Shown here piece after piece: positions 1-13,117 of a stretch of 64,000 nt of DNA. The translations under genes were made by a program, and so were the position numbers. Location of the stretch: positions 1,116,001 to 1,180,000 of the forward strand of contig CM030334.1 in NCBI GenBank assembly GCA_017654855.1, in the 5' to 3' direction. The notes below the pieces were generated by a model that ran no database searches, was not told the DNA's origin, and worked only from the letters and a program-made list of their open reading frames with translations. Each line of letters starts with the position of its first letter. Position 1 is the first letter of the stretch. This DNA comes from Podospora anserina (lineage: Eukaryota).

Positions 1-335
1 TTCAAGCAGTTGTTGCACACCGGTGCCCCCTCGTCGCACTTGACATGTCTATCGCGGCAGGTAAAGCACCCGGTCCGTACGCGGCGAGCTTTGCTGGTCT
101 GTACAAACCTCCTGGTGGGCCTCTTGACCTGTGCATCAGCAACAGTTGCTGTAGTGAGAGGGTTCAGGGAGCGGACTCGCTTTGGCCGAGGAGGTGAGTT
201 GTCTGGACTGCTGGACAGGGCCTCGGGGTGTGCCGGAGGGGTCAAGGAATGGGCTTCGGGATGGTAGTGCTGGTCGTCATGATAATTGTGCTGCTGATGA
301 ATGTACAGGGTATGTAGATTGATGTTCGCCGTCAT
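1..335 (-). CDS. Zn(II)2Cys6 fungal transcription factor, 5' part (runs off the window edge)
   Basis: Reverse-strand frame from ATG at 335 (MTANINLH...) reads open to the edge and ends ...KARRVRTGCFTCRDRHVKCDEGAPVCNNCL, a Zn2Cys6 binuclear cluster pattern. The true start could lie further upstream. Confidence 0.85.
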   Translation of the reverse strand, partial: MTANINLHTLYIHQQHNYHDDQHYHPEAHSLTPPAHPEALSSSPDNSPPRPKRVRSLNPLTTATVADAQVKRPTRRFVQTSKARRVRTGCFTCRDRHVKCDEGAPVCNNCL

Positions 336-3170
336 CGGGACTGCCCCTGGGACGAAGGAAGCCGTGCCGCCGTTGAAGGTCGCCAGTCTTTCCGCCGCGT
401 CTCGACCCCGAGACGAACAAACCCGAGGTAGGTTTTTGTAGGGGGAGTCGATAGTGCTATGCGGCGATCCGTCAGGCGAACGGGGACTTGGTGTTTTGCT
501 GAGGCTGATATGCTGATTCCCGTTACCGGGGCTTCCGCTTTCCCGGTTGGCGTTGCCGAACTCCGAGGCCACTGATCGGTGGTCCTATCGATCTTCAGCC
601 CTGCAAATCGACGACGACGGAAGCCGTATAGTAGGTAGTGGTAGAAGGGCCGGTCGTCAAGATGGTGCAACAGTCGTCCTATGTGTGCCTGTATGTCCCT
701 GCTTCCAACGGAGCTGACCCTAGCTGTAGATCAGTTGGAGCAAGAGTCAAGCCCTGGATGACAGTTCAAAGATGGGATGTCGTCGAGGTCGTTGACGGGA
801 AGAAAGACAAGCCCCTTGCGCTTGCGAGTGACAGGGGGAATCTACCTGGGGCCTGGTGCGGCAACAGGTGACAGGGGTCGCCTCTAGCCTCTCTCGGGGA
901 GGGTTACATCAAACAGGTACAAGGCGGGGGTCAACGCCTTCCAGGTCGGGGTTGACCTGGGCTTCGATGATGCCGTCGCTGCCGATTTGACGATGTGGCC
1001 GACGCGGGGGGCTGGACGGGTTGGTAGATGGTGTGCCAGTGAATGCTGAATGCTGCTTGCTTCCCAGCGGTCCCAAATTGAACCTGTAGTGGTAGATGGC
1101 GGCAGCACCCGTTCCTTTGCCATGGATGATTGGGGGGGGTTGGGGGGGGTTCAGGATGGCCCATGGGGCGTTGGACGGACAGAGACCCAGGCGATGGCTT
1201 GTGCATATGTAGGTAGGAGTACATATGTATGTAGGTAGGTGCATGTACAGGACACGCAGTCCCTTTATCGTCAACGCCATCTCTATTCATAGCTCTCCTC
1301 CTCTCCAGGCCATCGATGTTGTGCATACGCCACCAATACTCGAGATCTACATAGCAAGGTAGCTGCTCAGCTCCCGCTTGAACGTTGAAGCTGCTCTCCG
1401 ATCTCTTGGGAAGAGGTCCTCGGCAGGCATCTCGCTTCCTCGGACTCTCTCTCTGTTCTCTCAAACCCAACAAACCCCAACGATGGAGTAAGGATCCAGC
1501 GTCAAGATTGGAAACTGGTGACAGGGAACCGGAAGCGGGGTCATGTCGCGCTTAGGCTCCCGGTCCCCGCCCACCGGTTCTTTGTCAGGGGGGAGGGGCG
1601 GCATCGGCAAAACCTGCTGTTTGGGGGGCTTGGCTAGTGTCAATGTTGAAACCTCGAAAGCTTGGTTTGTTTCTTCAGTCGAGGTCTCAAGACCCTTTTC
1701 TTCATCAAGATGTCTCTGGATTTCATTGCTGGCGAGACCGGAGCTTGCTTACCTACCTAGGTAGACACGCACCGTACTTGGTCCGGATCTGGTGAGACCG
1801 ACACGCACACATTGATCAGATATCTACCAAGGACTGCTGAAGAACAGATGTTTCGACAAGCTTCCTAGTCGCATAAGAGAGTAAAAGCTTGGTATAGATC
1901 GGCAAAACCGCTATAGCCGCTGATGATCTGTCTCATCTTGACAACCTGCCACATCCAAGTGTGTACTCTGTATCAAGAACACAACAAAGAATATTTCCAC
2001 CAAAAGTTCCCTCAGCTCTATCCCAACAGTCTGGGAAACCCGTGGCGAGCCTCTGGCTTCCCGTCCGTTTGCCGATTCCCGTCCCCAGTACCGTACGACT
2101 GGCACGCCCCTTTCCCGAGAACAAAGAACAAAGTAAGACTTCGCCAGCAGAGCGGTACTCGAACACAATTGTTGTACAGAACAATTTTGAGTCGGTGAGT
2201 CCGCGCTCATCAATTAGTCTTTGTATGTACCACCTTGTAGCATGCAGCCCAGGCCCCCTGGGCCCCTGGCGCGCCGTTTTGACCCTTCCCCGCCCGCCCG
2301 CTGTGCTTTTGCGGGGGGTGCGGGGGCGGTGAACGAGACGGAGTCCCGTCGAGTGAGATGATGGTTTAGATGAGGTCTCAGTTGCGCTGACCAGGTCTCC
2401 GGTGCTCGGGCGGGTGAGAGTGAGAGACCAGATGTGAGGATGTGTAAGGTAGGTAGGTACAGGGACAGCATCCCTTCAGATTCATTTTCGATATCTAGAA
2501 CTCGACATCTCAACAAACAGTGTGGTGAGGGCACATGTGAAAGCCCCCACTTTCGATCAGTTAAATCTCCGACGAGGCGTTGATCGCAGTGCCCACCAAG
2601 AAGTTGTGGCAGACATGTCCAGGGACAATGTAGGTACTTTTTGACGTGCCAAGGACAGCTATCACGACGGTAAATCGGTTGAACAAGTACGTGGTGTGGT
2701 GGATGTCATCACGCTCACCGTCCAACGTGTGCAGGTTGGACAAAATAGGCGGTGTCGGTGGGGCGTGGAATCTCGGTGCCCTCATCAGATCCATCAGATA
2801 ACAGAGCATTGGAGCATTGCACACTTCCCCGGCCCTCTTATGACATGGAGCAACAAGTTATGAAGCCATGGCTGTATACGGATGGGCTGTCGCTGTGTTT
2901 TGAAACATTTTGCGGACCACAGCTGCCTTCTAGAAGCTCTTTTGCAGATCAGCTATCGGCCCGCTCCACTAACAATGTGCTGCGAGACGGACTTTACAGC
3001 GCTACTTCCACTAACCCAACCATCAGCAGCAACAACCACCTAAGAACCTATGGTACCTAATCGACTTTGATACCGCCGTTGTGTCATCACCCACTACTCC
3101 TAGATATAAACGCTGTTCCGACGCTCGGTAATCACCAGCCAATCATTCATCGGTCACAGATCACTTGAAC

Positions 3171-4551
3171 ATGGCAAGCAATGCGCGGCCCGCCCAGCCC
3201 AAGACGATTCTGCGAGGCCACAAGACACCGGTGCAGGTGGCTGCCTTCGTTCGAAACAATGAGCGCCTCTTGACCGGTGATTCCGACGGCTTTGTTGTGG
3301 CATGGGACCTGACCATCATGCGTCCAAGGGCCGTTTGGCAAGCTCATACGGCCTCCATACTAGGCATCGCAGGCTGGGGACACGATCGCATCATCACGTA
3401 GGCCACCACGATTCGAGTCTTGTAGACAACATGCTCATGATCCTGTAGACACGGAAGAGACAACAGACTGGTGGTCTGGAAGTTGACCGCCGAACACGAA
3501 AATGTCCTCAGTACAAGCCTTCCCCTAGACCCATCCTCACAGCCCCGTCCAAAGCCATGGATGCTCCACGTGCTCCAGATCAGCACCATGAACTTTTGTT
3601 CATTCTCGTATTGTCCCGCATACCCAGACAACAGTCCGGCCGCAGCAGCAGCAGATGAAATTCTCCTCGCGGTACCCAACACCCTCTCCTCGGAATCTGT
3701 AAGTCTGCCCAACTCTTCCCCTCCTCCTTTGCTGACAAGGCCATCCTGGTTTCCTCGACTTGCACAACTTTGAGCTCGAGCTGACACTGATGTAGATCGA
3801 CATCTTTCACCTCCCCTCCCTCGCTCGAAAGCACACGGTTGGCTTGCCCACCTCCTCGTCACCCGACCAGAAGAATGGCATGGCCATGTCCCTCTCCCTC
3901 TTCCACCACCCCACAAGCCATCACCTAACCCTGGTCGCCGGGTACGAACGCGGTCTCGCGGCAGTCTACCAACTCGACCCTAACACGTCAAAATGGGCAG
4001 TAACCTACCAATCCAACCCTCACACCCAGCCAATCCTGTCTCTTGACGTCTCCCCAGATGAGTCATTCTTCCTCTCGTCAGGAGCAGACGCCATCATAGC
4101 CAAACACCCCATCCCGTCTTGTCCTCCTTCCTCGGGGATAATCCAAGACCCCATCTTGACGATCAACACCCGCCACGCCGGACAACAGTCCCTCCGCATC
4201 CGCTCCGACAACCTCATCTTTGCCACCGCAGGCTGGGACTCGATGGTGAGGGTCTATAGCGTCAAGACGATGAAGGAGCTCGCGGTGCTAAAGTGGCACC
4301 AGCAGGGGTGTTACGCCGTTGCTTTTGCTGCTGCCAACACCTCTCCAACCACTTCTCCTCCTCAAGAGGAAACCCCCAGATCAGACGACAAGAAGCCCGA
4401 GGGGAGTCACAGCAAGGAGGTTACCACGCAAGTCCCCAAGATGTTGGTCGAACAAACACCCAAACAAAAACGCCTCCACCAAGCCAGAACCGCCCGCTGG
4501 CTCGCGGCAGGGAGTAAGGATGGGAGGGTGAGCTTGTGGGATGTGTACTAG
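3171..4551 (+). CDS. ASA1: ASTRA-associated WD40 protein Asa1
   Basis: N-term PKTILRGH...[17 protein letters not shown] repeats ([26 protein letters not shown]), C-term [17 protein letters not shown]. Two GT-AG introns (~3399-3448, ~3699-3795). Confidence 0.85.
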
Positions 4552-5586
4552 ATATTCGACTACCACATAGCACTGAGCACGTATCATGTCAATAAGTCGG
4601 GTCCATCATAGAGCCAGTCAGGCGCGGACCTATTGCAGGATGGATGGGATGTATTCTAGATACCACAACGTATCCTAGCTAAGCAAAACCTCAGCTGTCT
4701 CAACGTATCCCTTCCTCCCACAAGAATTGTCTCGGGCAGGTACCTACCCGACTCACCTACCTACCTTTTTCCCCCTCAGCAAAAATGATATGCTCTCGTG
4801 CAGCGCCACAAACCTTTGTGCTTCCCACCATCGTGTTGAAGGGGCTCCCTCCCTCCCACCGCTTCCCGAGTGCCAGGTTATCGTCTCTTTCCCCTCCCCT
4901 CCCTCTTTCCCTCCCCCGGTCCAAATCTGAGACTCAGTTCGCTATCCGACACACTGCTTGTATGCAACGCATGTAGAGACAAAAAAGGTTAAATAGGTAG
5001 TTGATGTCTGGTGTTTGTGGCACGTTGTGCAGAACATACAGCCAGCCCGTGCTGCTCTGTGTTTTGGGGGGCGGCTGTTTGGCTTCCTTGTCACCCGTTG
5101 CTGTTGTCGTCATGCTCTGAATGGGTACCTTGCTCCAAGAAATCGTCACAACACATTCCCACTCTCTTTGACGTATGTGTGTCAAGAGCAGCTCCACTGT
5201 CACCACGCTATGTAGGTATGTCACCGTCTTCAACAGGCCTCAAAACAAGTCACACAACCATGCTGCCGCTGCTATACATCAACCGTACCTGTCACAAGGA
5301 CCCTACAGACATCATCAGGGCCTCAAAAGATGCCTAGGTAGTGTTGACACGTCTTGATTGCGATTAGCTGGCCCAAAGATCCACCTTTTATGTCACACAC
5401 AACCCCGCCCCCCCCCCTCTCCCGCAAAAAAAAAAATAAATAAAAAGAATAAAAAAATAAAAGAAATCCTCGACGCCCTATCAAGCTCCTCTAAATGCCC
5501 AGCAACCGTGACCTCTTCTAAACGCCCACACCAACCCATCTCAAACGCCCATTAAACCCATCCCGACGTCCACCAAGCTAGGTAAC

Positions 5587-6681
5587 CTAAGCCCTACCAA
5601 CAACCTCCACAACCTCCCCATCCGCCAACCTCCCCGTCTCAAGCATCCACCCCTCCCCCTCCACCTCCACAGGCGGCACCACAATCCCAAACCTCTCATA
5701 CGGAAAATCAACCAGCGTACCCCTATACTCAGCCCACCCATCATCAACCTCCCCAAGCTGGTGCGTGTCCACTTCGCCCGCCTCGTACGTCCGTCCAGCC
5801 AGAACCTCCTTCTCCCGCCCCTCATACTCCTTCTTCAGCATCGGGTGAGGCGCCCAGATAACCCGCATCCCCGCCCGGCGACCAGCCTCAACCCCCGGAA
5901 CGCTGTCCTCAAAGACAAGACACTCCTCGGGGGTAATCGGCTTCTCCCCCTCGGGAAGCGAGTCATTGATCGTCTTGAGGGCAAGCAAATAAATATCAGG
6001 AAGCGGCTTGCCCCGGCCGGGGGCAATCCGCTCGTCGTCGCCCAGGACGCGACGGTGGGTTTCAAAGACGCTGAACAGCTCCGTTAGGTGCGACGTCTTC
6101 AAGATAAAGTTTGACTTGTGGGACGACGTGGCGAGGGCGATGTGGACGCGGTGGGGGGTGGGCGCCGTCTCGCCAGCCCTGGACTCCTTGTTCTTCTCCA
6201 TGTCCCAGTAGCGGGTGCGAGCGAGGTCACTGAGAAGTGTAGGGATGCCGGGGAGGGGCTGGGTGCCGGGGAAGTGCTGGGCTTGGAGCTCATAGTACTG
6301 TTTGTGGTACCTGCGTCGAAAAAAAAGTCGGTGTCAGAACGGACCGTCAGGAAAGGATACATCACTCACTCCTCGGGGGTGATCGGCAGCTGGGCCCAGT
6401 CGTGAAGCAGCTTGTTGGCCTGGGGACCGGGGCGGCCTTGCAGCTTGGCCTTGATGCTCCAGGGCAGCTTGGGACGCCCGTACTTTTCGAGGATCAGGTT
6501 GATGCAGAGCGTGTAGAGGTCCTCGGTGTCGAGCAGCAGACCATCCATGTCAAAGAGACAGGCCCGGACGGGGGGGAAGCTGTTGTTGGAGGGAATCGTT
6601 GTTAGTCTCGCCACGAGGCTGGACCCGGCCGGAATCACACAACATAGGGGTTCAGGGGACCTACTCGGTTCTGGGAGTCAT
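5587..6681 (-). CDS. HAD-superfamily hydrolase (GS1-like / HDHD1 pseudouridine-5'-phosphatase family)
   Basis: Motif I ACLFDMDGLLLDTE, IALATSS, GKPLPDIY, CLVFEDSVPGVEAGRRAGM. Start MTPRT at 6681; two introns. Confidence 0.9.
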
Positions 6682-7743
6682 TGTGAAGGCCGTGGCGTGC
6701 TGTGAACTGGGACGACCGTGGGCTCGTATCTGCTGGATGGACTAGAAAGAAAAAAAAGACAGGAGGAGGCTCTGGGGGAAAGAAAAGGGCTCGTATTATA
6801 GATAGATGGCTACCCTTGCCTAGGTAGGCGTAGGATCGATCGGGTCCAATCAGGCACGTGGGTTAGAGTAGCTGACAAGATGTAGTCACAGAGAAGCCAA
6901 CTGCTCTTTGAGGTTGGAGATAAGACGGCGGACCTGCCCTCTTGTTGGATAACTTGTAGGGATCAGAAGGAGAAGGGAGCGCAACAATCGGATCCGAAGC
7001 AACGAAACAAAAAAAAAAAAGGCAGGAACTAGATGTCACGAATTGGAGTAGCTACCCCTTGTCATGCGGGGTACCCCCCCAGCAAACTGATGCTCTTCCA
7101 GTGCTCCTCCCGGCGGACCTGTGACGCCACCAAGACAGGGGAGACATGTAGATACCCCGGCCGGCCCAGCCAGCAGAGAGCCGTCACGACTTTTTCCGAA
7201 GCTCTCGTTCGTCGAGAGCATCCGAGAGAGGAGCTCTCTGTAATGCTCTCACACACTCTCAAACTCTTGTCCGGCGGAATATTTCGGGCCGTTTAGGTAC
7301 CCCTTGCGATGGGCTGGGTTGGCAGCCGAGGAAGACGCGAGATAAGGGGGGGAACTTGTGGGAGTGTGGAAGGTGTGATGAGATTGTGGAATGTTCAGAC
7401 AGACAGAATGAGAAAAAAGCCGTGTGTTTGCTTGTTTGCTCCCCTCATCAGGGGTCCGTCCCATCTCGAGCGGACACCAAGCGGCAGGAAGCCGTTGCCG
7501 TCTCCACAAAGCCTCAAAAAAAACCCAAAAAAAAATGGCCTTGGATCAACGTGAATCTGCCAAGACCCCGCCATCGGGCTGAGGTCTACAGTAGCGCCTC
7601 AAGAAAAAAGTGTCCGCTCCATGCCCAAAGCCCCAACAGCGTAACAACACCACGTTTCCAGCTCCGCCCCTTTCCCCTTTTTTCTCTCCTGTGAGCAGCC
7701 TCCTTATCTCGCATATCGGACGGACGGTTTGCTGCCAAAGACG

Positions 7744-8647
7744 ATGGCTGCCCAAGATGAGGAGCCCCGGATCGCGGGAGCCGATGACGACATGGAGCAG
7801 CAGCGGCATGAAGAAAGGTTCCCCCCTGAAGAGGAAGCTGTAAGTCACTGTGGCCCTCATTTCCGTTACCATGCTCAACTCAGCTCTGACGGGACGTTTG
7901 TTGCTTTTCAAGTCCATGGTAGCGGACTCCAACGCGCACAAGACCGAGGCCAACTCTCTCTTTGGATCGGGCAAGTACGACATTGCCATCAACAAGTACG
8001 ATGAGGCTCTTGCCGTCCTTCCCAACTATCTGGACTATGAGCTGGCCGTCTTACGATCCAACATTGCTGCCTGCCACCTGAAGCTCGAAGAATGGAAGGA
8101 GGCCGTCACAAACGCAACAGCCGCCCTGGACTCTCTTGACAAGCTCGAGGGCAACGGCTCGTCGAAGAAGCAGGACCCCACCCCACCCGCGGCAGAAGAC
8201 GAGGTGGAGGGTGAGATTGTCAGCTCTGGTGCCAAAGCAGCCGGTCCGGCACTGGGTGATGACGCCCAGCGCAAGCGTCCGGATGATATCTCGAGAATCC
8301 GCGCCAAAGCTCTCATGCGTCGTGCTCGGGCCCGGAGTGAGCTGGGCGGGTGGTCCAACCTGGAAGGCGCAATCGAAGACTACAAGCGGCTGTCGACCTT
8401 GCCTGCCTACGACACGCTGATGAGCGCGACGGATAAGAAGATTGTCAGCACGCAACTCCGCGCCCTGCCGGCTCGTGCAAAGGCTGCGCAGGAGAAGGAG
8501 ACGGCTGAGATGTGGGCCAAGCTCAAGGACCTGGGCAATGGCATCTTGAAGCCGTTTGGCCTCAGCACTGACAGCTTCAAGATGGTCAAGGACGAGAAGA
8601 CGGGCGCATACAGCATGAACTTTGCTGGGGGGTCGGGCGGCAAGTGA
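7744..8647 (+). CDS. Tetratricopeptide repeat protein (TTC1-like)
   Basis: TPR helices (KTEANSLFGSGKYDIAINKYDEAL; AVLRSNIAACHLKLEEWKEAV; KALMRRARAR) and TTC1-type C-term LKDLGNGILKPFGLSTDSF. One intron starting gtaagt at ~7840. Confidence 0.85.
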
Positions 8648-9017
8648 GGGTGAAGCTGTAGCACGCAGAGATAATGTTTATTCAGTCTAGCTCTTGAGAC
8701 ATCCATGGGTCTTTGCATGTTGGGTGGTGGTGCCTGAATCCACCCACGAGCAGGTGCGGCTGGAACCTCGGAGAGTATGGCTAGGTACCCAGACGTCCAT
8801 GGCAGCTTCTGCTAACCTGCCGCATAGGTGTTCGGTGCCTTCCTGGACAGCTCACTTCAAGGAGGGACATTGATCGTCTGCCCAAGAATCCAAACTCTTC
8901 CCAACTTTTGTCATCAAAGCTCTTGTTCATTCCCATTCACTCTCCAAACAACTCTCCAGTGCAGTCTCTATCTTACAGCACAGTCTCTATCTCAGTCACC
9001 CCAGACATTAATCAAAA

Positions 9018-9830
9018 ATGGAGTCAAGAGCGCACCATCTCCATTACCTCCAGCGCTACGTGGATGTCGACCACTGGCGCCCATACATCACCACCAGATA
9101 CCCCGAGGAGATCCAATCCGGGGATGCCCGCGAATTTGAATACGAAATATTGGGTCAGGACGCCGGCCCGCGACCCATCCCAGCCTTCCCCGTTGGCAAC
9201 CTTGACGAGCTCGACATGCCCCGGAAACTCATCATTTTCTAGGTGAGAAACGGCTTCCGCATTCCGGCGTGGATACCCGCTGCCAACCCCGAACTCCAAC
9301 CCGGCGTCGTCACCGACGACCACATCCGAATGGCCTGCATCATCCTCATCCAGATGGCGCCCGACCTGGCGAGGGAAATCCCCAGACGCTATCTCGAGAT
9401 CCAGTCCATACTCGACAGGGGAATAGAAAGCAGCAGGAGAAGGGTCCTCACGGAGGAACGTGTCGCCGAGTATGCCCCGCAGGATTGGACCGCGTCCCCC
9501 GACGAGGGTGGGCTCAAGATGGAGGAAGAGCACTTGCCGGATGTGTACATGAGGATTCTGAGGACGTTTGAGGCTGCGGACGGCAAGGATGGGCCGTTTG
9601 GGTTGTTTGCGGATTTGTATCCCGGTGTTCGCGAGCATGACATTATTCCGGCTCCGAAGTGGCCTCGTTGTCTGGGACATTACATTTTTGACCGGGTGGC
9701 GCAGCGGAAGGTGACGGATCAGAGGCGTGACGCGTGGGCTGCCGGGAAGTTTGAGAAGAGTCGTGCTGCGATTGCTGCCGAGAAGGCTGCCACTGAGGCG
9801 GAGGCTGCCGCGCAGCAGCAGCAGCTGGAG

Positions 9831-9871
<41 letters not shown>

Positions 9872-9947
9872 GCAGAAACCCCAGAGAAAGAGAGACAAAA
9901 TTATTAGTATGATGCAATATGGCGCCCCGAAAGCACCTCTACCATGA
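9018..9947 (+). CDS. Orphan protein with C-terminal poly-Gln, interrupted by one in-frame TAG (9240-9242); 309 aa if read through
   Basis: ORFs 9018-9242 and 9243-9947 are contiguous and in the same frame. Good start context (caaaaATG) and coding-like codon usage on both sides of the TAG. Confidence 0.75.
9813..9875 (+). repeat. CAG/CAA trinucleotide repeat encoding Q4-LE-Q15
   Basis: Directly visible in the sequence. Confidence 0.95.
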
Positions 9948-10833
9948 TTAGATGCCGAGTGGGAGGAGTTGTTTTACTCGGAAGCGATACATGTATCTTT
10001 CTTGTCACAGCGGAATGTTTAGGTGGGAGAGAATTTAGGATCGGGCTAGGGGAGAATGGAACATGTTTTGGTTGACGCTCTTTTTCTGATTTGAGTCTCT
10101 TGGGCTTGGTGTGTATGGATACCTTACCTACCATCTTGAAACCGCTCTGCTTATGAGGCATCTCGGAATACCTTTAGACTCTATAGAAACCTTTGTTTGA
10201 GCGCCGTTACATCAGGCAACAGTCTTTAATTTTCTCTTTCTTTTTTTTTCGGGGCTTTATGCGTGTTTTTTTTTTAAAAAAAAAAGAGGTGTCCGTTACC
10301 AACGTCTGAGAGGTGGTGTTGATGCTGAGCAAAGGATTCAGATTCCGACGTCGAGAATTGGAACACATGCTTAGAAACATGCCCTGAAGGCGAGTCGGAC
10401 TTGTCGGGCTGCTTCACACATGTTCAAAGGACTGGCTATATTAAACAGCAACACAAATAAAACCCAATAGGAGATGTATTGTCTGTACAAAGTACAGTAA
10501 AGAGCAGTGATGATCTGACAAGAGAAACCCCCTTCCCACCCCAAAACTCCAATACTATTTCCTGCTTGTTGCTGCTGTCGTTGTAGAGTTAGATACAATC
10601 TTTCTTTGTTGGACCACGCTTTTTCTGCAAGATATGACAAGACACCAAGGGAGAGAGCGAGCAGACAAATCATATCCATCCATCATCAACAAACTAAAAA
10701 GCAGAAAAACAAAACAATCCCCCCCTGCCTACCTACCCATGTGTTATTTCCCTTTCATATATCCCATCCCATTCCATCCATTTCATACAAAAGAGAGAGA
10801 GATCGATCAGTCATGTCTTGACTCCAGGGCTTT

Positions 10834-11554
10834 TTAAACCCTCCCATAAACATTCACCACCCCATCCCCCCAAATCCCCACAACCGACATGAAGAACCCC
10901 AGTCCCAAGACAGACACCTGGACAACCTGCTTCTTGAGCCACCCCTCCACCTTGGCCCTCACCTCCTCCCCGTTCGCCTCCTCCCCAACCTCCAACACCT
11001 CATCCTCCTCGCTCTCTTCCTCTTGCTCTTCACCAAGGACCTCGTAGCTGGCTTCCATTCTCGCGCGGGCAGAGGCAGAGGGCTTCTTCTTCTTTTGCTG
11101 GGGGAAGGACTTCTTGCTGCCGGCAGTGGTGGCGGGGGAAGAAGGTCCGAGGGAGATGTAAGGAGCGACCAAATCCGTCACGACGAGCTGGGAGCCGAGG
11201 ATGAGGGCCGAGGTGTAGAGGAGGTAGGGGTGGCGGAGGGGTTTGGGGGAGAGATAGTATGCGAGGAGGAAGGCGGTTCCGGAGAGGCCGGAGAGGGATC
11301 GGAGTTGTTTGGTCGAGGTTGTGGTGAGGGAGTCAAAGGCGCGGAGGGCTGTGGTGGCGGAGGGGAGGTTGAGGAGGGAGGGGATGGTGAGGGTTGTTAG
11401 GGTGTAGGAGAGGCCCTGGTTAGTGAGCGTCATGTTAGTTGCTGTTCAAGGTGAAGGCATCATGCGATGCCATGTGGAAAGCAACACATACCGTCAACAA
11501 CCCCAACGACACCGTCCCCACAAACTTGAGCGCCGAGACGCCCCTCGTTGCCAT
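10834..11554 (-). CDS. ATG33: Atg33-like mitochondrial outer-membrane mitophagy protein
   Basis: Spliced N-term MATRGVSALKFVGTVSLGLLT|GLSYTL, RHPYLLYTS, NGEEVRAKVE, C-term SVVGIWGDG. One intron (~11418-11491). Confidence 0.7.
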
Positions 11555-11991
11555 GATGTTACGAGTGTGTGCTTAATCTCTTGATCAATCCAGTCTCACT
11601 TCCTTATCAAAACGCGCGGATGGCCGTCGAAGGTTCGAAAGGTGTCACCAAGTTTGCCTGACGCAAAGTCGTGGTCGTAAGAAGCCAGTGTTGCCGAGCT
11701 CACGGTTAAAGCTTAAGGTCTTGCCTATTGCGTGGTTGGACAGCCCGCCCGCCCCGCCGAAAGGAGGGGATGGGGGGCTGGATCTTCTTGGTCTGGCCCC
11801 GCTGCAACTCACAGCGGCCCATTTCCACTTTTGCGTCATCGCTCGATCAGATTAACAAGGGGTAGCTGATAGAACACCCTAACCCTGATTCAAGATGGAA
11901 GACCACAGAAGAAGACATCCTGCAGATATCCACCCCCCGATGCAACTTGTTTCCCAATATCCGCCACCCCACCAACATCCACTATCGTGAA

Positions 11992-12073
11992 GGCGCGATG
12001 GCAGAGTGGTCTAATGCGTGAGACTCGAAATCTCATCTCTTCGGAGGCGTCGGTTCAAATCCGGCTCGCGTCG
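11992..12073 (+). tRNA. tRNA-Ser(CGA), intronless, long variable arm
   Basis: Acceptor GGCGCGA/TCGCGTC+G, D-arm TGGCAGAGTGG, anticodon arm TGAGA-CT-CGA-AA-TCTCA, T-loop GGTTCAAATCC. Oligo-T Pol III terminator at ~12098-12109. Confidence 0.95.
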
Positions 12074-12443
12074 ATAGGATAAATTTACTTTTACAGGTTT
12101 TTTTTTTTTAAAGACTCTTCTTGGCCAACATAGCACAACGTTGTCAAGGGCGGATGCTTTATTTCCGGTTTAGCTGCTTCATGTTTGTCTTGCAAGCCAG
12201 CTATGGTCAAATATCACAGCTTCACAGACCTCTCACACATGCACCCATTAACAGATATACTCACTGTGTTTTGACCGCAACTGATAGTCTGATACAACTA
12301 CTGCCACGCATCATTAATTCGCTTGTTCACTCCGCTACATGCCACTCCCGATCATCACAACTTTCCTCCCCCCTTCATCCTCCTCTCATCTACTCCCTCC
12401 CATCAAACACACCCTCATCACCCTCCCACTCACAACCAGACCC

Positions 12444-13117
12444 CTAGTCAACATTCAACCTCCACAACCCATCCCCCAAAAAGTGCGCATCCTCCATCAC
12501 CGGCCCCTTCCCCTTCTCCTTGATCTCCCTCGTCCCCATAACCAGCACCCCCACCGCCGCCGCCTCCTCCTTCCCCTCAGCCATAACCACAACCGGCTCC
12601 CCCTTCTCCAACTCCCTACTCCACCTCCCCTCCCCATCAGCCCCCTCATTCGGCGCCCCCTCCCCAAGCGTCTCCCTCCCCTCCCTCGCATCCGGCTCCG
12701 GCAGCCTCCCGCCCGCAGAAGTCAACCCCGGCGCCATGAGCGTCGCGCCCGACAAGACAAACCGGATAGCACCACGGTCTATCCTCACGGTGGGGAAGCA
12801 CTGCGGGAACCGGTGCACGAGCTTGAGGTGGGGGAGGAGGACGTCGCTGTCGTGCTGGAAGAACAGGGGGTTTCCGTCGCAGACGTAGAGGGATACCCGG
12901 TCGGGGAGCTTCATCTGCTCGAGGGAGGACTTTTTGGGCATGATCTCTTCGATGAAGGGGTTGAGGAGGGGGTAGGTCTGCAAGAGCGAGGTCCGGAGGG
13001 AGCGCTGGATGGAGGATTTGAGTTTTTGTTTTGGGGAGGCGGTGAGGCTTTACAACAGAGGGTTAGTTTCCATATAGCTGGAGGGAGAAGGGGACCGTAC
13101 TCTTTCTTGAAAGGCAT
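12444..13117 (-). CDS. TMA20: Translation machinery-associated protein 20 (MCT-1, pre-PUA/PUA domains)
   Basis: KQKLKSSIQRSLR, LPHLKLVHRFP, DRGAIRFVLSGATLMAPGLTS, HFLGDGLW. One intron after MPFKK. Confidence 0.92.

Noticed and set aside
9024-9917. 297-aa antisense ORF with poly-Leu
   Set aside because: Shadow of the + strand polyQ gene; the poly-Leu is the reverse complement of the CAG repeat.
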